36,321 nucleotides of DNA from Verrucomicrobiota bacterium (GCA_038209745.1 JBBQXJ010000045.1:1-36321); one strand, 5' to 3'; shown: positions 20,908-30,889, numbered from the stretch's first letter. Made by a program: numbers and translations. The notes: a model not told the origin generated them from the letters alone.

Positions 20908-21834
20908 ATGAACGGGGAACTCGCCATCGATGTGCGGGGGATGACGAAGCGCTTCGGCGAGCACACCGTCGTCAACCAGATCGACCTCCAGGTCCGGACC
21001 GGGGAGATCTACGGCTTTCTCGGTCCGAACGGCAGCGGCAAGACCACCTTCATCCGCATGCTTTGCGGCCTCCTCCGCCCCGACGCGGGCAGCGGAACCT
21101 GTCTGGGCTTCGATGTGATCCAGGACAGCGAGGCGATCAAGCGCGAGGTCGGCTACATGACCCAGCGGTTCAGCTTCTATGAAGACCTGACCATCGCGGA
21201 GAACCTCGATTTTGTCGCCCGCATGTACGGGGTGAAGAGCCGCCGCGCCGCCGTCGACCGGAGCATCGAGCAACTGGGATTGACCGCCCGGAGAAAGCAG
21301 CTCGCCGGCGAACTTTCCGGCGGATGGAAGCAGCGCCTCGCCCTCGCCGCCTGCCTCATCCACGACCCCAAGCTGCTCCTCCTCGATGAACCGACCGCCG
21401 GCGTCGATCCCAAGGCGCGCCGTGATTTCTGGGAGCAGATCCATCAACTCGCGGCGCAGGGGCTCACCTTTCTCATCACCACGCACTACATGGACGAAGC
21501 CGAGCGCTGCCACCGCCTCGCCTATCTTTCCTATGGCAATCTTCTCACCCACGGCACCGTCGCCGAAGTGGTCTCCCATGCTCGGCTGACGACATGGTCG
21601 GTCAGCGGCCCGCAGTTGCTCAAGCTCGCGACTGAGCTTCGCGGCAGACCCGGCATCCAGGAAGCCGTCGCTTTCGGCACCACGATCCACGTGAGCGGGG
21701 ACGACGCGGCCGCGCTGGAGGCCGCGATCACGCCCTTCCGTTCGGAGCAGCACGTCTGGAAGCAGATCCCTTCCGGACTGGAGGACGTCTTCATCCACCT
21801 CATGGGCAAGGCGAAGGACAACTACGCCGAATGA
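20908..21834 (+). CDS. ABC transporter ATP-binding protein (YbhF-like)
   Basis: GPNGSGKTT, LSGGWKQRL, LLLLDEPT, TTHYMDEA. Confidence 0.95.
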   Translation: MNGELAIDVRGMTKRFGEHTVVNQIDLQVRTGEIYGFLGPNGSGKTTFIRMLCGLLRPDAGSGTCLGFDVIQDSEAIKREVGYMTQRFSFYEDLTIAENLDFVARMYGVKSRRAAVDRSIEQLGLTARRKQLAGELSGGWKQRLALAACLIHDPKLLLLDEPTAGVDPKARRDFWEQIHQLAAQGLTFLITTHYMDEAERCHRLAYLSYGNLLTHGTVAEVVSHARLTTWSVSGPQLLKLATELRGRPGIQEAVAFGTTIHVSGDDAAALEAAITPFRSEQHVWKQIPSGLEDVFIHLMGKAKDNYAE

Positions 21835-22973
21835 GACACGTCCACCAAATCTCGTTCGGCCGCCTCTGGGGCATCGTGGTCAAGGAGTTCGTTCAGATGC
21901 GTCGGGACCGCCTGACCTTCGCGATGATTCTCGGCATTCCGCTGCTGCAGCTCACGCTCTTCGGTTTCGCCATCAACGCCGATCCGCGACATCTTCCCGC
22001 CGCCGTGCTCATGGCGGACCAGGGACCGCAGAGCCGCACGCTGCTGGCGGCGCTCAAGAACAGCACCTACTTCGCCTTCGTCCACCAGGTGCGAACCGAG
22101 TCCGAAGGACACGAGGCGCTGGCCCGGGGTGAAGTGCAGTTCGTCGTCAGCTTTCCGGAAAACTTCTCCCGCGACCTGCTCCGCGGAGATCGGCCGGCGG
22201 TCCTGGTAGAAGCCGACGCCACCGATCCGGCGGCCACTGGCAACGCCCTGGGCTCGCTCGCGAACTTGCTGAACTCGGCGCTGCGAAACGATCTCAAGGG
22301 GCCGCTCGCGTTCCTCGCTCCGGACCCGGGCCCGATCGAACTCCGCGTCCATGCGCTCTACAACCCGGAGGCGATCACCCAATACAACATCGTCCCCGGC
22401 CTGATGGGAGTGATCCTCACCATGACCATGATCATGATCACCGGACTCGCCATGACCCGGGAGCGGTAGCGCGGCACCATGGAGAACCTGCTCTCCATGC
22501 CAACCCGGCCGACCGAGGTGCTGGTAGGAAAGATCACCCCCTACATCTTTGTGGGATACATCCAGGTCGCCGTGATTCTCCTGGCGGCCCACTTCCTCTT
22601 CCACGTCCCGACGCATGGCAGCCTAGCTCTGTTGCTCGGGGTCGCCCTCGTCTTCATCGCCGCCAATCTGGCGATGGGCATCACCTTCTCCACCATCGCC
22701 AAAAACCAGCTCCAGGCGATGCAGATGACCTTCTTCGTCTTTCTTCCTTCGATCCTGCTGTCGGGATTCATGTTTCCCTTCCGCGGCATGCCGCATTGGG
22801 CCCAGGTGATCGGCGAAGTCCTCCCCTTGACCCATTTCCTCCGGATCGTCCGGGGTATTCTGCTCAAGGGAAACGGCGTGACTGAGATCTTTCCGGACCT
22901 CTGGCCCATCGTCCTCTTCGCCGCCGTGATGCTCACCATCGGCATCAAACGCTACCGGCAAACGCTGGACTGA
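21831..22973 (+). pseudogene. ABC-2 type permease interrupted by an in-frame TAG at 22467-22469
   Basis: ORFs 21831-22469 and 22479-22973 are in the same frame; the junction reads TRER*RGTMENLL where the family motif is RERERGT.E.L. Confidence 0.88.
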
Positions 22974-23081
22974 ATAACCCGAAACCCACGGCGCTCTCCC
23001 GGAATCTACGCTTTCCCCCGGTGTTCTCCCGCCTAGGATCCAATGCATCAACCCTTGGCCAAACCCCGTTTCCCATCTCCC

Positions 23082-24050
23082 ATGAAACAGCCCTGTTCCC
23101 GGCGCGAATTCGCCAAGCTCTCCTTCGCCGCTCTTTCTGGAGCGGGTCTCCTGCCCTTGGTCGGCCGGCTCGCCGCCGCCGAAACTGCGGTCAAACCGCC
23201 GGGCAGACCGAACTCGAACGTGGCCGGCGTCCATCTCGGTCTCAACGTGCCCTACAGCTTCGGCGATCCCCTGATGAGCGGCGACACGATCCTGCACAAC
23301 TGTCTTCTCCTCGGGCTCAGCTCGGTCGAGTTGCGGACCCAGCCGGTCGAAGCGTTTCTCGGAGTTCCCGTCGACCTCATCAGCCCGAAAAACGCCATCG
23401 TCCCTGGCAGCGCGGCGGCTCGGGCCGAGCGACTCAAGGACTGGCGGGGCTCCGCTCCGGTGGACCGGGCGAAAGAGTTCCGGAAGAAGTATGAATCCGC
23501 CGGCGTCCTGATCGAGATCGTCAAGGTGGACGGGATCTTCAAGATGTCGGACACCGAGCTCGACTACGCCTTTACCCTCGCAAAGACCCTGGGTGGGCGC
23601 GCCATTTCCACCGAGATCTCGAACAAGGAAGACGACCTCGAGCGGCTCGGCCAGTTCGCCGACAAGCACGAGCTCATGGTCGGCTATCATGGTCACGCCA
23701 GCACCAAGCCGGAGCATTGGGAAAAGGCGTTCTCCCTCGCCAAACACAACGGCGCCAATGTCGATCTCGGCCATTTCGTCGCGGGGGACAACGGGTCGCC
23801 GGTTCCATTCATCGAGCGCTATCACGACCGGATCACCCACGTGCATGTGAAGGACCGGAAAATCCACAACGGACACAACACCCCGTTCGGTGAAGGGGAC
23901 ACCCCGATCGTGGAAGTCTTGCGCCTGATCCGGGACAAGAAGTGGGACATCAAAGCCGTGATCGAATTCGAATACCCGGTTCCCAGCGGCTCGGATCGCA
24001 TGACCGAGATCGCCCGAGCCCTTCGCTATTGCCGGGAAGCTTTGGCGTAG
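23082..24050 (+). CDS. Tat-exported sugar phosphate isomerase/epimerase (xylose isomerase-like TIM barrel)
   Basis: SRREFAK twin-arginine signal; YHGH, NVDLGHF, HVHVKD, FGEGDTPI, IEFEY. Confidence 0.87.
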   Translation: MKQPCSRREFAKLSFAALSGAGLLPLVGRLAAAETAVKPPGRPNSNVAGVHLGLNVPYSFGDPLMSGDTILHNCLLLGLSSVELRTQPVEAFLGVPVDLISPKNAIVPGSAAARAERLKDWRGSAPVDRAKEFRKKYESAGVLIEIVKVDGIFKMSDTELDYAFTLAKTLGGRAISTEISNKEDDLERLGQFADKHELMVGYHGHASTKPEHWEKAFSLAKHNGANVDLGHFVAGDNGSPVPFIERYHDRITHVHVKDRKIHNGHNTPFGEGDTPIVEVLRLIRDKKWDIKAVIEFEYPVPSGSDRMTEIARALRYCREALA

Positions 24051-24440
24051 CGATCGGTCGGTTTGCGGTCTGCTGCCATTCAGGAGCGCAGACGGATCCA
24101 GCCGGAGCCCGAAACATTGCAAGAGTGAGGCAGAGCGGCCGCTCCGCCCCATTCCCAGCGAAGACGAGCAGCGATGTCTTTGCCAGGGGCACGGTTTCCG
24201 GACCCGGAGAAGATCGCGGCGGATTCGTTTCGTTGACCGGTATCCGGACGCTTCGTTCATCCCGCGTCGCGCTTGGGACCGTGATCAGGGCTACAAGGCA
24301 GCACAGCCCCACCTCGACTGTGTCTCTGCCCAAGCGATTTGACGCGTCGGTCTTGTCGGAAACGGGGACACCCTATCCGGCCCAACTTAACGTGTGCAAT
24401 TTGGCGTGCCTTGCTTGAACCACACTTCGTGCAGGAGCCA

Positions 24441-24591
24441 CTCAGCCGGAACGATGCCGTGGAAATGAAAGGGGGATCGCAGCCACCCCGGCTTCCGTCC
24501 GGCGCGCCCCGCGCCGGACGGAAGGCGGCGAATCGTTTCCTGCGCCTCCGATGGACCGCTCCCCCACCCCCGCTGAACCGTTCCGGCTCAG
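24441..24591. repeat. MITE/REPIN-like palindromic element, copy 2 (shorter, inverted relative to copy 1)
   Basis: CTCAGCCGGAACGATGCCGTGGAAA...GGGGATCGCAGCC.CCCCGGCT.CCGTCCGGCGCGCCCCGCGCCGGAC...AATCGTTT.CTGCGCCTCCGATGGACCGC matches the reverse complement of 18172-18376; ends GTTCCGGCTCAG. Confidence 0.8.
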
Positions 24592-24623
24592 ATGTGACCA
24601 TCTGCGCCTGGTTTCGAACAGAC

Positions 24624-26444
24624 TCAGTGACCGGCGCCTTCGTGCTCCTGGATATACTCCTGCTTGAGGCCCAGTTTTTCAGGGGCGTGGAGCACCAGCA
24701 TCTTCATGTGGATGTCCTTCGGGATGTCCTTCGACGTCAGCTTGGAGACCACGATCATGGTGATGATCGCGAGCGGCACCGCCCACAGAGCGGGTTGTTC
24801 ACAAAGGATCCGGACCAGCGGATGCGCCGTCCAAAACGCGCCCAAGGGCTTGAAGACGGAGAAGACCTTCGCCATGCCGTCATTGCCCGCGGCCAAGGTG
24901 CTGAAGCTGGTCAGCGAGATCGCGACCACCGCGAGCACCCCGCCGGTCAACATGCCGGCGGCCGCGCCTTTCAGGGTCATGCCGCGCCACCAGACGCTCA
25001 TGAAGAGCAACGGGAAGTAGCTCGACGCCGCGATGGCGAAGGCCTGGCCGACCATGAAGTTGATCTCCAGTTTCTCCACGCAACTGCCGAGCAGAACCGC
25101 CACGCCACCGATCAGGATGGCGCACCACTTGAACATCCGCATCCGGTCCTGGGCCGTGGAGTTCGGCCGCAGGATGCGCCCATACACGTCGTGGGCCAGT
25201 GCGCCGGTCATGGAGACCAGCAGTCCGGAGAAGGTGGACATGAAGGCGGCGAACGCTCCGGCACAGGTGATGCCGCTGAGGATCGAGCCGAGATACGGCA
25301 CCTTCTCGTTCAAGATCCGCGGCAGCTCCAGCACCACCTTGTCCGTCCCCTTGGAACCGACGCCGTTGTAGAGTTCGGGCAACAGGTTGCGGCCCATCAC
25401 GCCGAGCACCGGCGGGAAGACGTAGAAAACACCGATGAGAATCATCACCCACATGGTCGTCTTCTTGGCCGAAACGCCGTCGGGATTCGTGTAGAAGCGG
25501 ACGAGAATGTGGGGCAGTCCGGCCGTGCCGCAAACCAACGCGATGATCAGCGAGTAGGTGTAGAGGAGCGCGTAGGAGCGGGTGTCTTCCGCAGAGAGGT
25601 GGGAGGCCTTGGCCGCCTTGGTGGTAAGCGGGCCGAACGGCGCCATCCAGAGGTCGTCCTTGGGAGCTTTTTCGGGAAGCGCCAAACGGTGCACTTCCGA
25701 GGCGGCGCCAGAAACGCTGGACGAAAGCTCGATGGCCGCCCCCGGAGTCTGGGGGATCCCGTTGACCGCGAGCTGTTTCCCGTAGCTCCCATACACCGCC
25801 ATCAGGACGAAGACCGGCACGGAGATGGCAAACAGTTTGATCCAGAACTGAAACGCCTGGACCAAGGTAATGCCCTTCATGCCGCCCAGCGCGACGTTGA
25901 GCGTGATGATCGCCCCGACCAGCGCCACGCCGACCCAATACGGCAGGCCCGGGAAAATGTAGGAAAGCGTCACGCCCGCGCCCTTCATCTGCGGCATGGT
26001 GTAGAAGAAACAGATGCAGAGCACGAAGAGCACGGCGATCTTCCGAAAAACCGGGGAGTCATACCGACCCTCGGCGAAGTCCGGAATCGTGTAGGCTCCG
26101 AAGCGACGCAGTGGTCCCGCGATGAAGAGCAGGAGGAAGAGATACCCGCAGGCGTAACAGACCGGATACCACAGCGCGTCGTAGCCGCTGCTCATGACCA
26201 TGCCGGCCACGCCCATGAAGCTGGCCGCGCTGAGGTATTCGCCGGAGATGGCCGCCGAGTTCCAACCCACGCTCACTCCGCGACCCGCCACGAAGAAGTC
26301 CGAAGCGGTCTTCGACTTCTTGGCCGCCCAGAACCCCATCAGGATCGTCACGATGACGGTGACCGAACTGAAGCTCAGGATCCACGGATCCACCGCCGCC
26401 AGGAGACCTGGATGTCCCGCGAATGCCTCGGCCAGGGCGTTCAT
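24624..26444 (-). CDS. actP: Cation/acetate symporter, sodium:solute symporter family (ActP-like)
   Basis: DFFVAGR, AISGEYLSAASFMG, GTAGLPHILVRFYTNPD, GAFAAFMSTFSGLL, AFAIAAS; coupled to DUF485. Confidence 0.88.
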   Translation of the reverse strand: MNALAEAFAGHPGLLAAVDPWILSFSSVTVIVTILMGFWAAKKSKTASDFFVAGRGVSVGWNSAAISGEYLSAASFMGVAGMVMSSGYDALWYPVCYACGYLFLLLFIAGPLRRFGAYTIPDFAEGRYDSPVFRKIAVLFVLCICFFYTMPQMKGAGVTLSYIFPGLPYWVGVALVGAIITLNVALGGMKGITLVQAFQFWIKLFAISVPVFVLMAVYGSYGKQLAVNGIPQTPGAAIELSSSVSGAASEVHRLALPEKAPKDDLWMAPFGPLTTKAAKASHLSAEDTRSYALLYTYSLIIALVCGTAGLPHILVRFYTNPDGVSAKKTTMWVMILIGVFYVFPPVLGVMGRNLLPELYNGVGSKGTDKVVLELPRILNEKVPYLGSILSGITCAGAFAAFMSTFSGLLVSMTGALAHDVYGRILRPNSTAQDRMRMFKWCAILIGGVAVLLGSCVEKLEINFMVGQAFAIAASSYFPLLFMSVWWRGMTLKGAAAGMLTGGVLAVVAISLTSFSTLAAGNDGMAKVFSVFKPLGAFWTAHPLVRILCEQPALWAVPLAIITMIVVSKLTSKDIPKDIHMKMLVLHAPEKLGLKQEYIQEHEGAGH

Positions 26445-26776
26445 CGTCCCGCCTCCCCGCTACGACCGTTCTTCTTCGCGGCTTCGACTTTGCGCACTTC
26501 CGAGTCTTCCAAAGCGATGGAGCGCTTGATGAAGGTGTAGGAGATCACCCAGACGTAGGGAAAGAAGAGCACCCCGAGGATCAGCCAGGTCAGCGTGAAT
26601 CCTCCGACCCGCGTGGCCATGAGTTCAGGTGCGTAGAAGTTCAGCAGCGGCAGGCAGAACAGCGCGACGATGAACGTGGCCGCACAGACGATCGACAGCT
26701 TGAGCTGCCGGCGCATGAGCAGGTGGAGGAAGGACTCCGAATGGATGTCCGTCGAATTGGCAGGGTCGGTTTTCAT
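26441..26776 (-). CDS. DUF485 (YjcH-like) small membrane protein
   Basis: Two TM helices; 4-bp overlap with the actP start, the usual yjcH-actP arrangement. Confidence 0.87.
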   Translation of the reverse strand: MKTDPANSTDIHSESFLHLLMRRQLKLSIVCAATFIVALFCLPLLNFYAPELMATRVGGFTLTWLILGVLFFPYVWVISYTFIKRSIALEDSEVRKVEAAKKNGRSGEAGR

Positions 26777-26892
26777 GGGGACCCGGCGGGTTTAACAAAG
26801 TTGCCGCAGCCGACGCAATGGGCGTCGTCCACGGAATCAGGCAGAGGCACCGTGGGAATTTGGGTCCTCGCTCCCCGCCTCTCGATCCACCC

Positions 26893-26928
26893 AAACAAAA
26901 ACGCCACCGGAAACGGGTCCCGGCGGCG
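26893..26928 (-). terminator. Intrinsic terminator downstream of ndk
   Basis: Minus strand CGCCGCCGG-loop-CCGGTGGCG followed by TTTTTGTTT. Confidence 0.75.
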
Positions 26929-26953
26929 CACGAAAACCGAAAGCAAAGGTCGC

Positions 26954-27379
26954 TCAGTAGGCGAAGATTTCGTCCGCTTTGAAGAATCGGTTCACCTCGG
27001 CAGCGGCCGCCTCGGTCGAGTCGGACGCGTGGCAGACGTTCACCATCATGTCCACGCCGAAGTCGCCGCGGATCGTGCCCTTGGCGGCCTTCTTGGAATC
27101 GGTGGGTCCGAGCAGCTCGCGAACGCGGGCCACGGCGTTCTCGCCTTCCAGCGCGAGGGCGATCACCGGGGTCTGCTGCATGAATTGCGCGACGGACGGG
27201 AAGAACGGCTTGTCCGCGATGTGGGAGTAGTGCTCCCGCAGCAGGGCGTCTTCGAACTTCAGCATCTTGATGCCGCGCACCTTCATCCCTTCCGCTTCGA
27301 AGCGGGACAGGACCTTGCCGCAGAACTGCTTCGCGACGGTGTCGGGTTTGAAAAGGATCAATGTCGTTTCAATGGCCAT
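26954..27379 (-). CDS. ndk: Nucleoside diphosphate kinase
   Basis: TLILFKPD, HY..IADKPFF, GTIRGDFG, NVCHASDS (catalytic His). Confidence 0.98.
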   Translation of the reverse strand: MAIETTLILFKPDTVAKQFCGKVLSRFEAEGMKVRGIKMLKFEDALLREHYSHIADKPFFPSVAQFMQQTPVIALALEGENAVARVRELLGPTDSKKAAKGTIRGDFGVDMMVNVCHASDSTEAAAAEVNRFFKADEIFAY

Positions 27380-27552
27380 AAAGAGGCGGGTGGATACCGG
27401 CCCGGACGCTTCCCGTCAATGTCGCCGACAGGTCGAACGCCGACGGATCGACACCCGTTTTGGCCAAGCCCAACCTCGCTGGCTGGATCGTCCAGTTTTT
27501 TGTCGCACCGCGGTCTTGTGGCTGTTTCATTTCCACCGCCCCACCAAACAAG

Positions 27553-28428
27553 ATGTTTCGCACGCTCAAGACCAAGGACTGGTTCCACCGCGACGGATTC
27601 CCGATCGCCGTGGAGCGCCGCGAACCGCAGGAGCAGTTCGGCCTGCACTCCCACGAATTCTCCGAGATCGTGTTAGTGACCGGCGGCCGCGGCCTGCACG
27701 TCACCGACGTGAATTCCTGGACCCTGGCCACGGGCGACGTTTTCGTCATCGGCGGCGCCCGCGCCCATGAATATCGCGACATCGAAAATCTCGGCCTGAT
27801 CAACATCCTCTTCCTGCCCCAGCGCCTCGAGCTCCAGTCCGCCGACCTCAGTTCACTCGCCGGCTATCACGCTCTCTTCAGCCTCGAACCGGTCTGGCGC
27901 CGACGCCACAATTTTGCCAGCCGACTCCATCTCTCGCCCAAGGAGCTCGGCGTCGTCTCCGCCTACGTCGACGAGCTCGATGAGGAGCTCAAGCAGCGCG
28001 GCCCGGGCTTCGCCTTCATGGCCACCGCGTGTTTCATGCAGATCATCGGCTACCTGTCGCGCTGCTATGGCCGGACGAAGAATCCCAAATCCCGCGCACT
28101 GCTCCGCATCGCCGAGACCATCTCCTATCTGGAGACGCACCTCGAAGAGGAACGCTGCCTCGACGAGCTCGCCGCCATGGCCAGCATGTCCAAGCGCAGC
28201 TTCATCCGCGCGTTCAAGGAAGCGACCGGCAGTTCGCCCATCGCCTACCTGCTCCAGAGCCGCGTCAGCCGCGCCACCGCGCTCCTCTGCCGGGACGATT
28301 CCACCAGCATCACCGATGTCGCCTTACAATCCGGCTTCACCGACAGCAGCTACTTCACCCGACAGTTCCGGAAGATAGTGGGCCAGAGCCCACGCACCTA
28401 TCGGCAACAGCACCTCGTCAAACAATGA
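27553..28428 (+). CDS. AraC-family regulator, RhaR/RhaS-like
   Basis: Cupin HSHEFSEIVLV..G.GLH; C-terminal double HTH SITDVALQSGFTDSSYFTRQFRK; adjacent to rhaA. ATG 27553 chosen. Confidence 0.9.
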   Translation: MFRTLKTKDWFHRDGFPIAVERREPQEQFGLHSHEFSEIVLVTGGRGLHVTDVNSWTLATGDVFVIGGARAHEYRDIENLGLINILFLPQRLELQSADLSSLAGYHALFSLEPVWRRRHNFASRLHLSPKELGVVSAYVDELDEELKQRGPGFAFMATACFMQIIGYLSRCYGRTKNPKSRALLRIAETISYLETHLEEERCLDELAAMASMSKRSFIRAFKEATGSSPIAYLLQSRVSRATALLCRDDSTSITDVALQSGFTDSSYFTRQFRKIVGQSPRTYRQQHLVKQ

Positions 28429-28568
28429 GCACCCGGATCACGCGCCAATGAATGATGTCTGCTCGAACCCGGCCGGCCGGCTTCCGTTCCATGGCCACTT
28501 CATGCTGGTAATTGGCCGGTGGGTGAAGGATTCCAAAACCCGTTCGGCCCTACCGCCTTAAATTCCCG

Positions 28569-29858
28569 ATGGCCTCCAAACCCAGACCGTCCGCCCGGAA
28601 AAAAAACGTCGATGCCGCCTTTGCCCTGGCCCGTGAACGCTACGCCGCTCTCAGCGTGGACGTGGACCGAGCACTCCGGACGCTCGCGACGGTCCCCGTC
28701 TCCCTCCACTGCTGGCAAGGAGACGACGTCGGCGGCTTCGAGACCGGTGGCGGGACCTTGAGCGGCGGTCTCGCCGTCACCGGCAACCATCCCGGCAAAG
28801 CCCGCACGCCCGACGAACTCCGCGCCGACCTCGACATGGCGCTGTCACTCATCCCCGGCAAACACCGCCTCAATCTCCACGCCATGTATGGCGAATTCGG
28901 CGGCCAGAAAGTCGACCGCGACGAGATCGCCCCCGAGCATTTCCGTCACTGGATTGCCTGGGCCAAAGCCAACGGGCTCGGTCTCGACTTCAATCCGACC
29001 TGCTTCTCCCATCCCAAAGCCGCCGACGGATTCACCCTGTCCCACGCCGACAAGAGCATCCGGAAATTCTGGATCGAGCATTGCCGCCGCAGTCGCGAGA
29101 TCGGCGCTGTCATGGGCCAAGCTCTCGGCACTGCTTGCGTGACCAATGTCTGGGTGCCTGATGGCTTCAAAGACACGCCTGCCGACCGCCAGTCGCCCCG
29201 CGAACGTCTCGTCGACTCGCTCGACCAGATCTTCAAAAAACCTCTTCCCGCCAAGCACAACCTCGACGCCGTCGAGCCCAAGCTCTTCGGCATCGGCGCC
29301 GAGAGCTGCACCGTCGGATCGGCCGAGTTCTATCTCGGCTACGCCATCACGCGGAAGAAGCTTCTCTGCCTCGACGCCGGCCACTTCCATCCCACCGAGA
29401 CCATCAGCGACAAGATCAGCAGCGTCCTCCAGTTCCTGCCGGAGATCCTGCTCCACGTCAGCCGCGGCGTCCGCTGGGACAGCGACCACGTCGTCACCCT
29501 GAACGACGACCTCCTCGCCATCGCCCGCGAGATCGTGGCCCACGGCCACCTCGGCCGCGTCCATCTGGGCCTCGACTACTTCGACGCCAGCATCAACCGC
29601 GTCGCCGCCTGGACCATCGGCACCCGCAACCTCCTGCGCGCCCTCCTCATCGCCCTGCTCGAACCACCCGGCATCAAAGCCGCCGAACTCGGCCGCGACC
29701 TCACCACCCGCCTCGCCCTCCAGGAAGAAGCCAAGACCCTACCCATCGGCGCGGTCTGGGACCACTACTGCGAGACGAAGGGAGTGCCGGTGGGGGAAGC
29801 GTGGCTGGCGGATATGCAGGGATATGAGGAAGACGCGCTTGCCAAGCGAACCTCCTAA
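28569..29858 (+). CDS. rhaA: L-rhamnose isomerase
   Basis: [77 protein letters not shown]. Confidence 0.97.
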   Translation: MASKPRPSARKKNVDAAFALARERYAALSVDVDRALRTLATVPVSLHCWQGDDVGGFETGGGTLSGGLAVTGNHPGKARTPDELRADLDMALSLIPGKHRLNLHAMYGEFGGQKVDRDEIAPEHFRHWIAWAKANGLGLDFNPTCFSHPKAADGFTLSHADKSIRKFWIEHCRRSREIGAVMGQALGTACVTNVWVPDGFKDTPADRQSPRERLVDSLDQIFKKPLPAKHNLDAVEPKLFGIGAESCTVGSAEFYLGYAITRKKLLCLDAGHFHPTETISDKISSVLQFLPEILLHVSRGVRWDSDHVVTLNDDLLAIAREIVAHGHLGRVHLGLDYFDASINRVAAWTIGTRNLLRALLIALLEPPGIKAAELGRDLTTRLALQEEAKTLPIGAVWDHYCETKGVPVGEAWLADMQGYEEDALAKRTS

Positions 29859-30012
29859 TTCAGAGGAAAACACAAAGGGACAGGTCAACTATGTGAGAAC
29901 CACCATCGAGACGGACGGGTTTGAAGGGAGTTCGCCAAGGCCGGAAGAAACAACCCGGCACCGGAGGAAAAGCTTCGACCCAGCGGCAAGAAACTCCCTT
30001 TCCAAAGCCTAT

Positions 30013-30208
30013 CTCCAAGACGGACAAAGGTTTCTCCAAGACGGAGAAAGGTTTTCCCGAGACGGAGAAAGGTTTCCCCGAGAAGGAGAAGGGTTTCCCC
30101 GAGAAGGAGAAAGGTTTCCCCGAGAAGGAGAAGGGTTTCTCCAAGACGGAGAAAGGTTTCCCCGAGACGGAGAAAGGTTTCTCCGAGACGGCGAAAGGTT
30201 TCCCCAAG
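30013..30208. repeat. Tandem array, 9 full units of 21 bp plus a partial unit
   Basis: Consensus CYCCRAGAMGGAGAARGGTTT; units start at 30013, 30034, 30055, 30076, 30097, 30118, 30139, 30160, 30181. Confidence 0.95.
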
Positions 30209-30244
30209 GCGCGTTCAATCCCTTTCTAAGCCGAACCTAGCCTC

Positions 30245-30428
30245 TTGGATCCAGGCCGGTCCTTCAACCCTTGGGGAAATTGGGGGACCGTCAACCCTGG
30301 GGCGTTGCCCCAGGCTAATATGGAATGCGCTTTTGGCGCGTCGGACGCCGGTGCCATCGGCACCAGCGCAGAAACGGCCGAAGGCCCTGTCCCCACACGA
30401 AAGGCCAAAGGCCCTCCCCCATACCAGC
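30245..30428. repeat. REP-like palindromic cluster
   Basis: Perfect hairpin CCTGGGGC-GTT-GCCCCAGG (30296-30314), GGTGCC/GGCACC hairpin, and two GGCC-(G/A)AA-GGCC mini-palindromes. Confidence 0.6.
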
Positions 30429-30537
30429 ATGTTATCCGCCGCGTCCATGTTGGAGCGGAACTTATCGGCGGAAAACCAGAGCTTGGCCTCGAAGCCGAGG
30501 TTGGTGCTGGGCTCCTCGGGGGGTTGGTGCGGGCCAT
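30429..30537 (-). pseudogene. hsdM: 5' stub of a type I restriction-modification HsdM gene
   Basis: ATG 30537, frameshift in a C6 run, then STNLGFEAKLWFSADKFRSNMDAAD, matching the HsdM N-terminal NLGFE.KLW.AADKLR.NMDAAEYKH; truncated at the REP cluster. Confidence 0.8.
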
Positions 30538-30631
30538 GGGCTGAAGGGCGGGAGCCGATGCCTTGCGGAGATGTCGGGGCTGCGCGGCAACCCAGACCTA
30601 CCCAAGCAACCTAGCGCTCCGCTCCTAAAAA

Positions 30632-30812
30632 GGCCCGGTGGCGGTGTCGCTCGCCACTGACGACGAGGTGGTGACGGCGAAGTTCGGGCGGCGTTTGTTC
30701 GAGAAATACTCGGGTCCGAAGCGGTTGTGGAAAGTCCCCGGGGTCGTCCACAACGAGATGCCGGATCGGTCGGCAGCGCTCAGCAAGGAAGTCGTCGAAT
30801 TCTTCGAGAAGC
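30632..30812 (+). pseudogene. 3' stub of an alpha/beta-hydrolase gene
   Basis: GPVAVSLATDDEVVTAKFGRRLFEKYSGPKRLWKVPGVVHNE resembles the Asp/His-bearing C-terminus; no N-terminal nucleophile region and no nearby stop. Confidence 0.65.
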
Positions 30813-30889
30813 CGCCGGACGATGATCCCGAAAATCCACCGGGGAGGATCAATCTTCCTTGGGACGCCTCTTTGCCGGAGAGCGGTCGA

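Noticed and set aside
22467..22469. Amber recoding or pyrrolysine
   Set aside because: TAG is the true stop for several genes here (pilT, methyltransferase, TIM-barrel, rex, permease); no pyl genes are seen.
23950..24333. 127-aa minus-strand ORF
   Set aside because: Overlaps the TIM-barrel gene end, no recognisable motif; cannot be supported.
24401..24416. Sigma-54 promoter TTGGCGTGCCTTGCT
   Set aside because: GG to GC spacing is 2 bp short of the required -24/-12 geometry.
24339..26540. Long antisense ORFs (also 11860-13761, 33375-35213, 2136-3314, 22623-24260)
   Set aside because: They overlap well-supported genes on the opposite strand and have no recognisable motifs; typical high-GC shadow frames.
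30013..30208. CRISPR array
   Set aside because: Units are contiguous with no unique spacers, and no cas genes are present.
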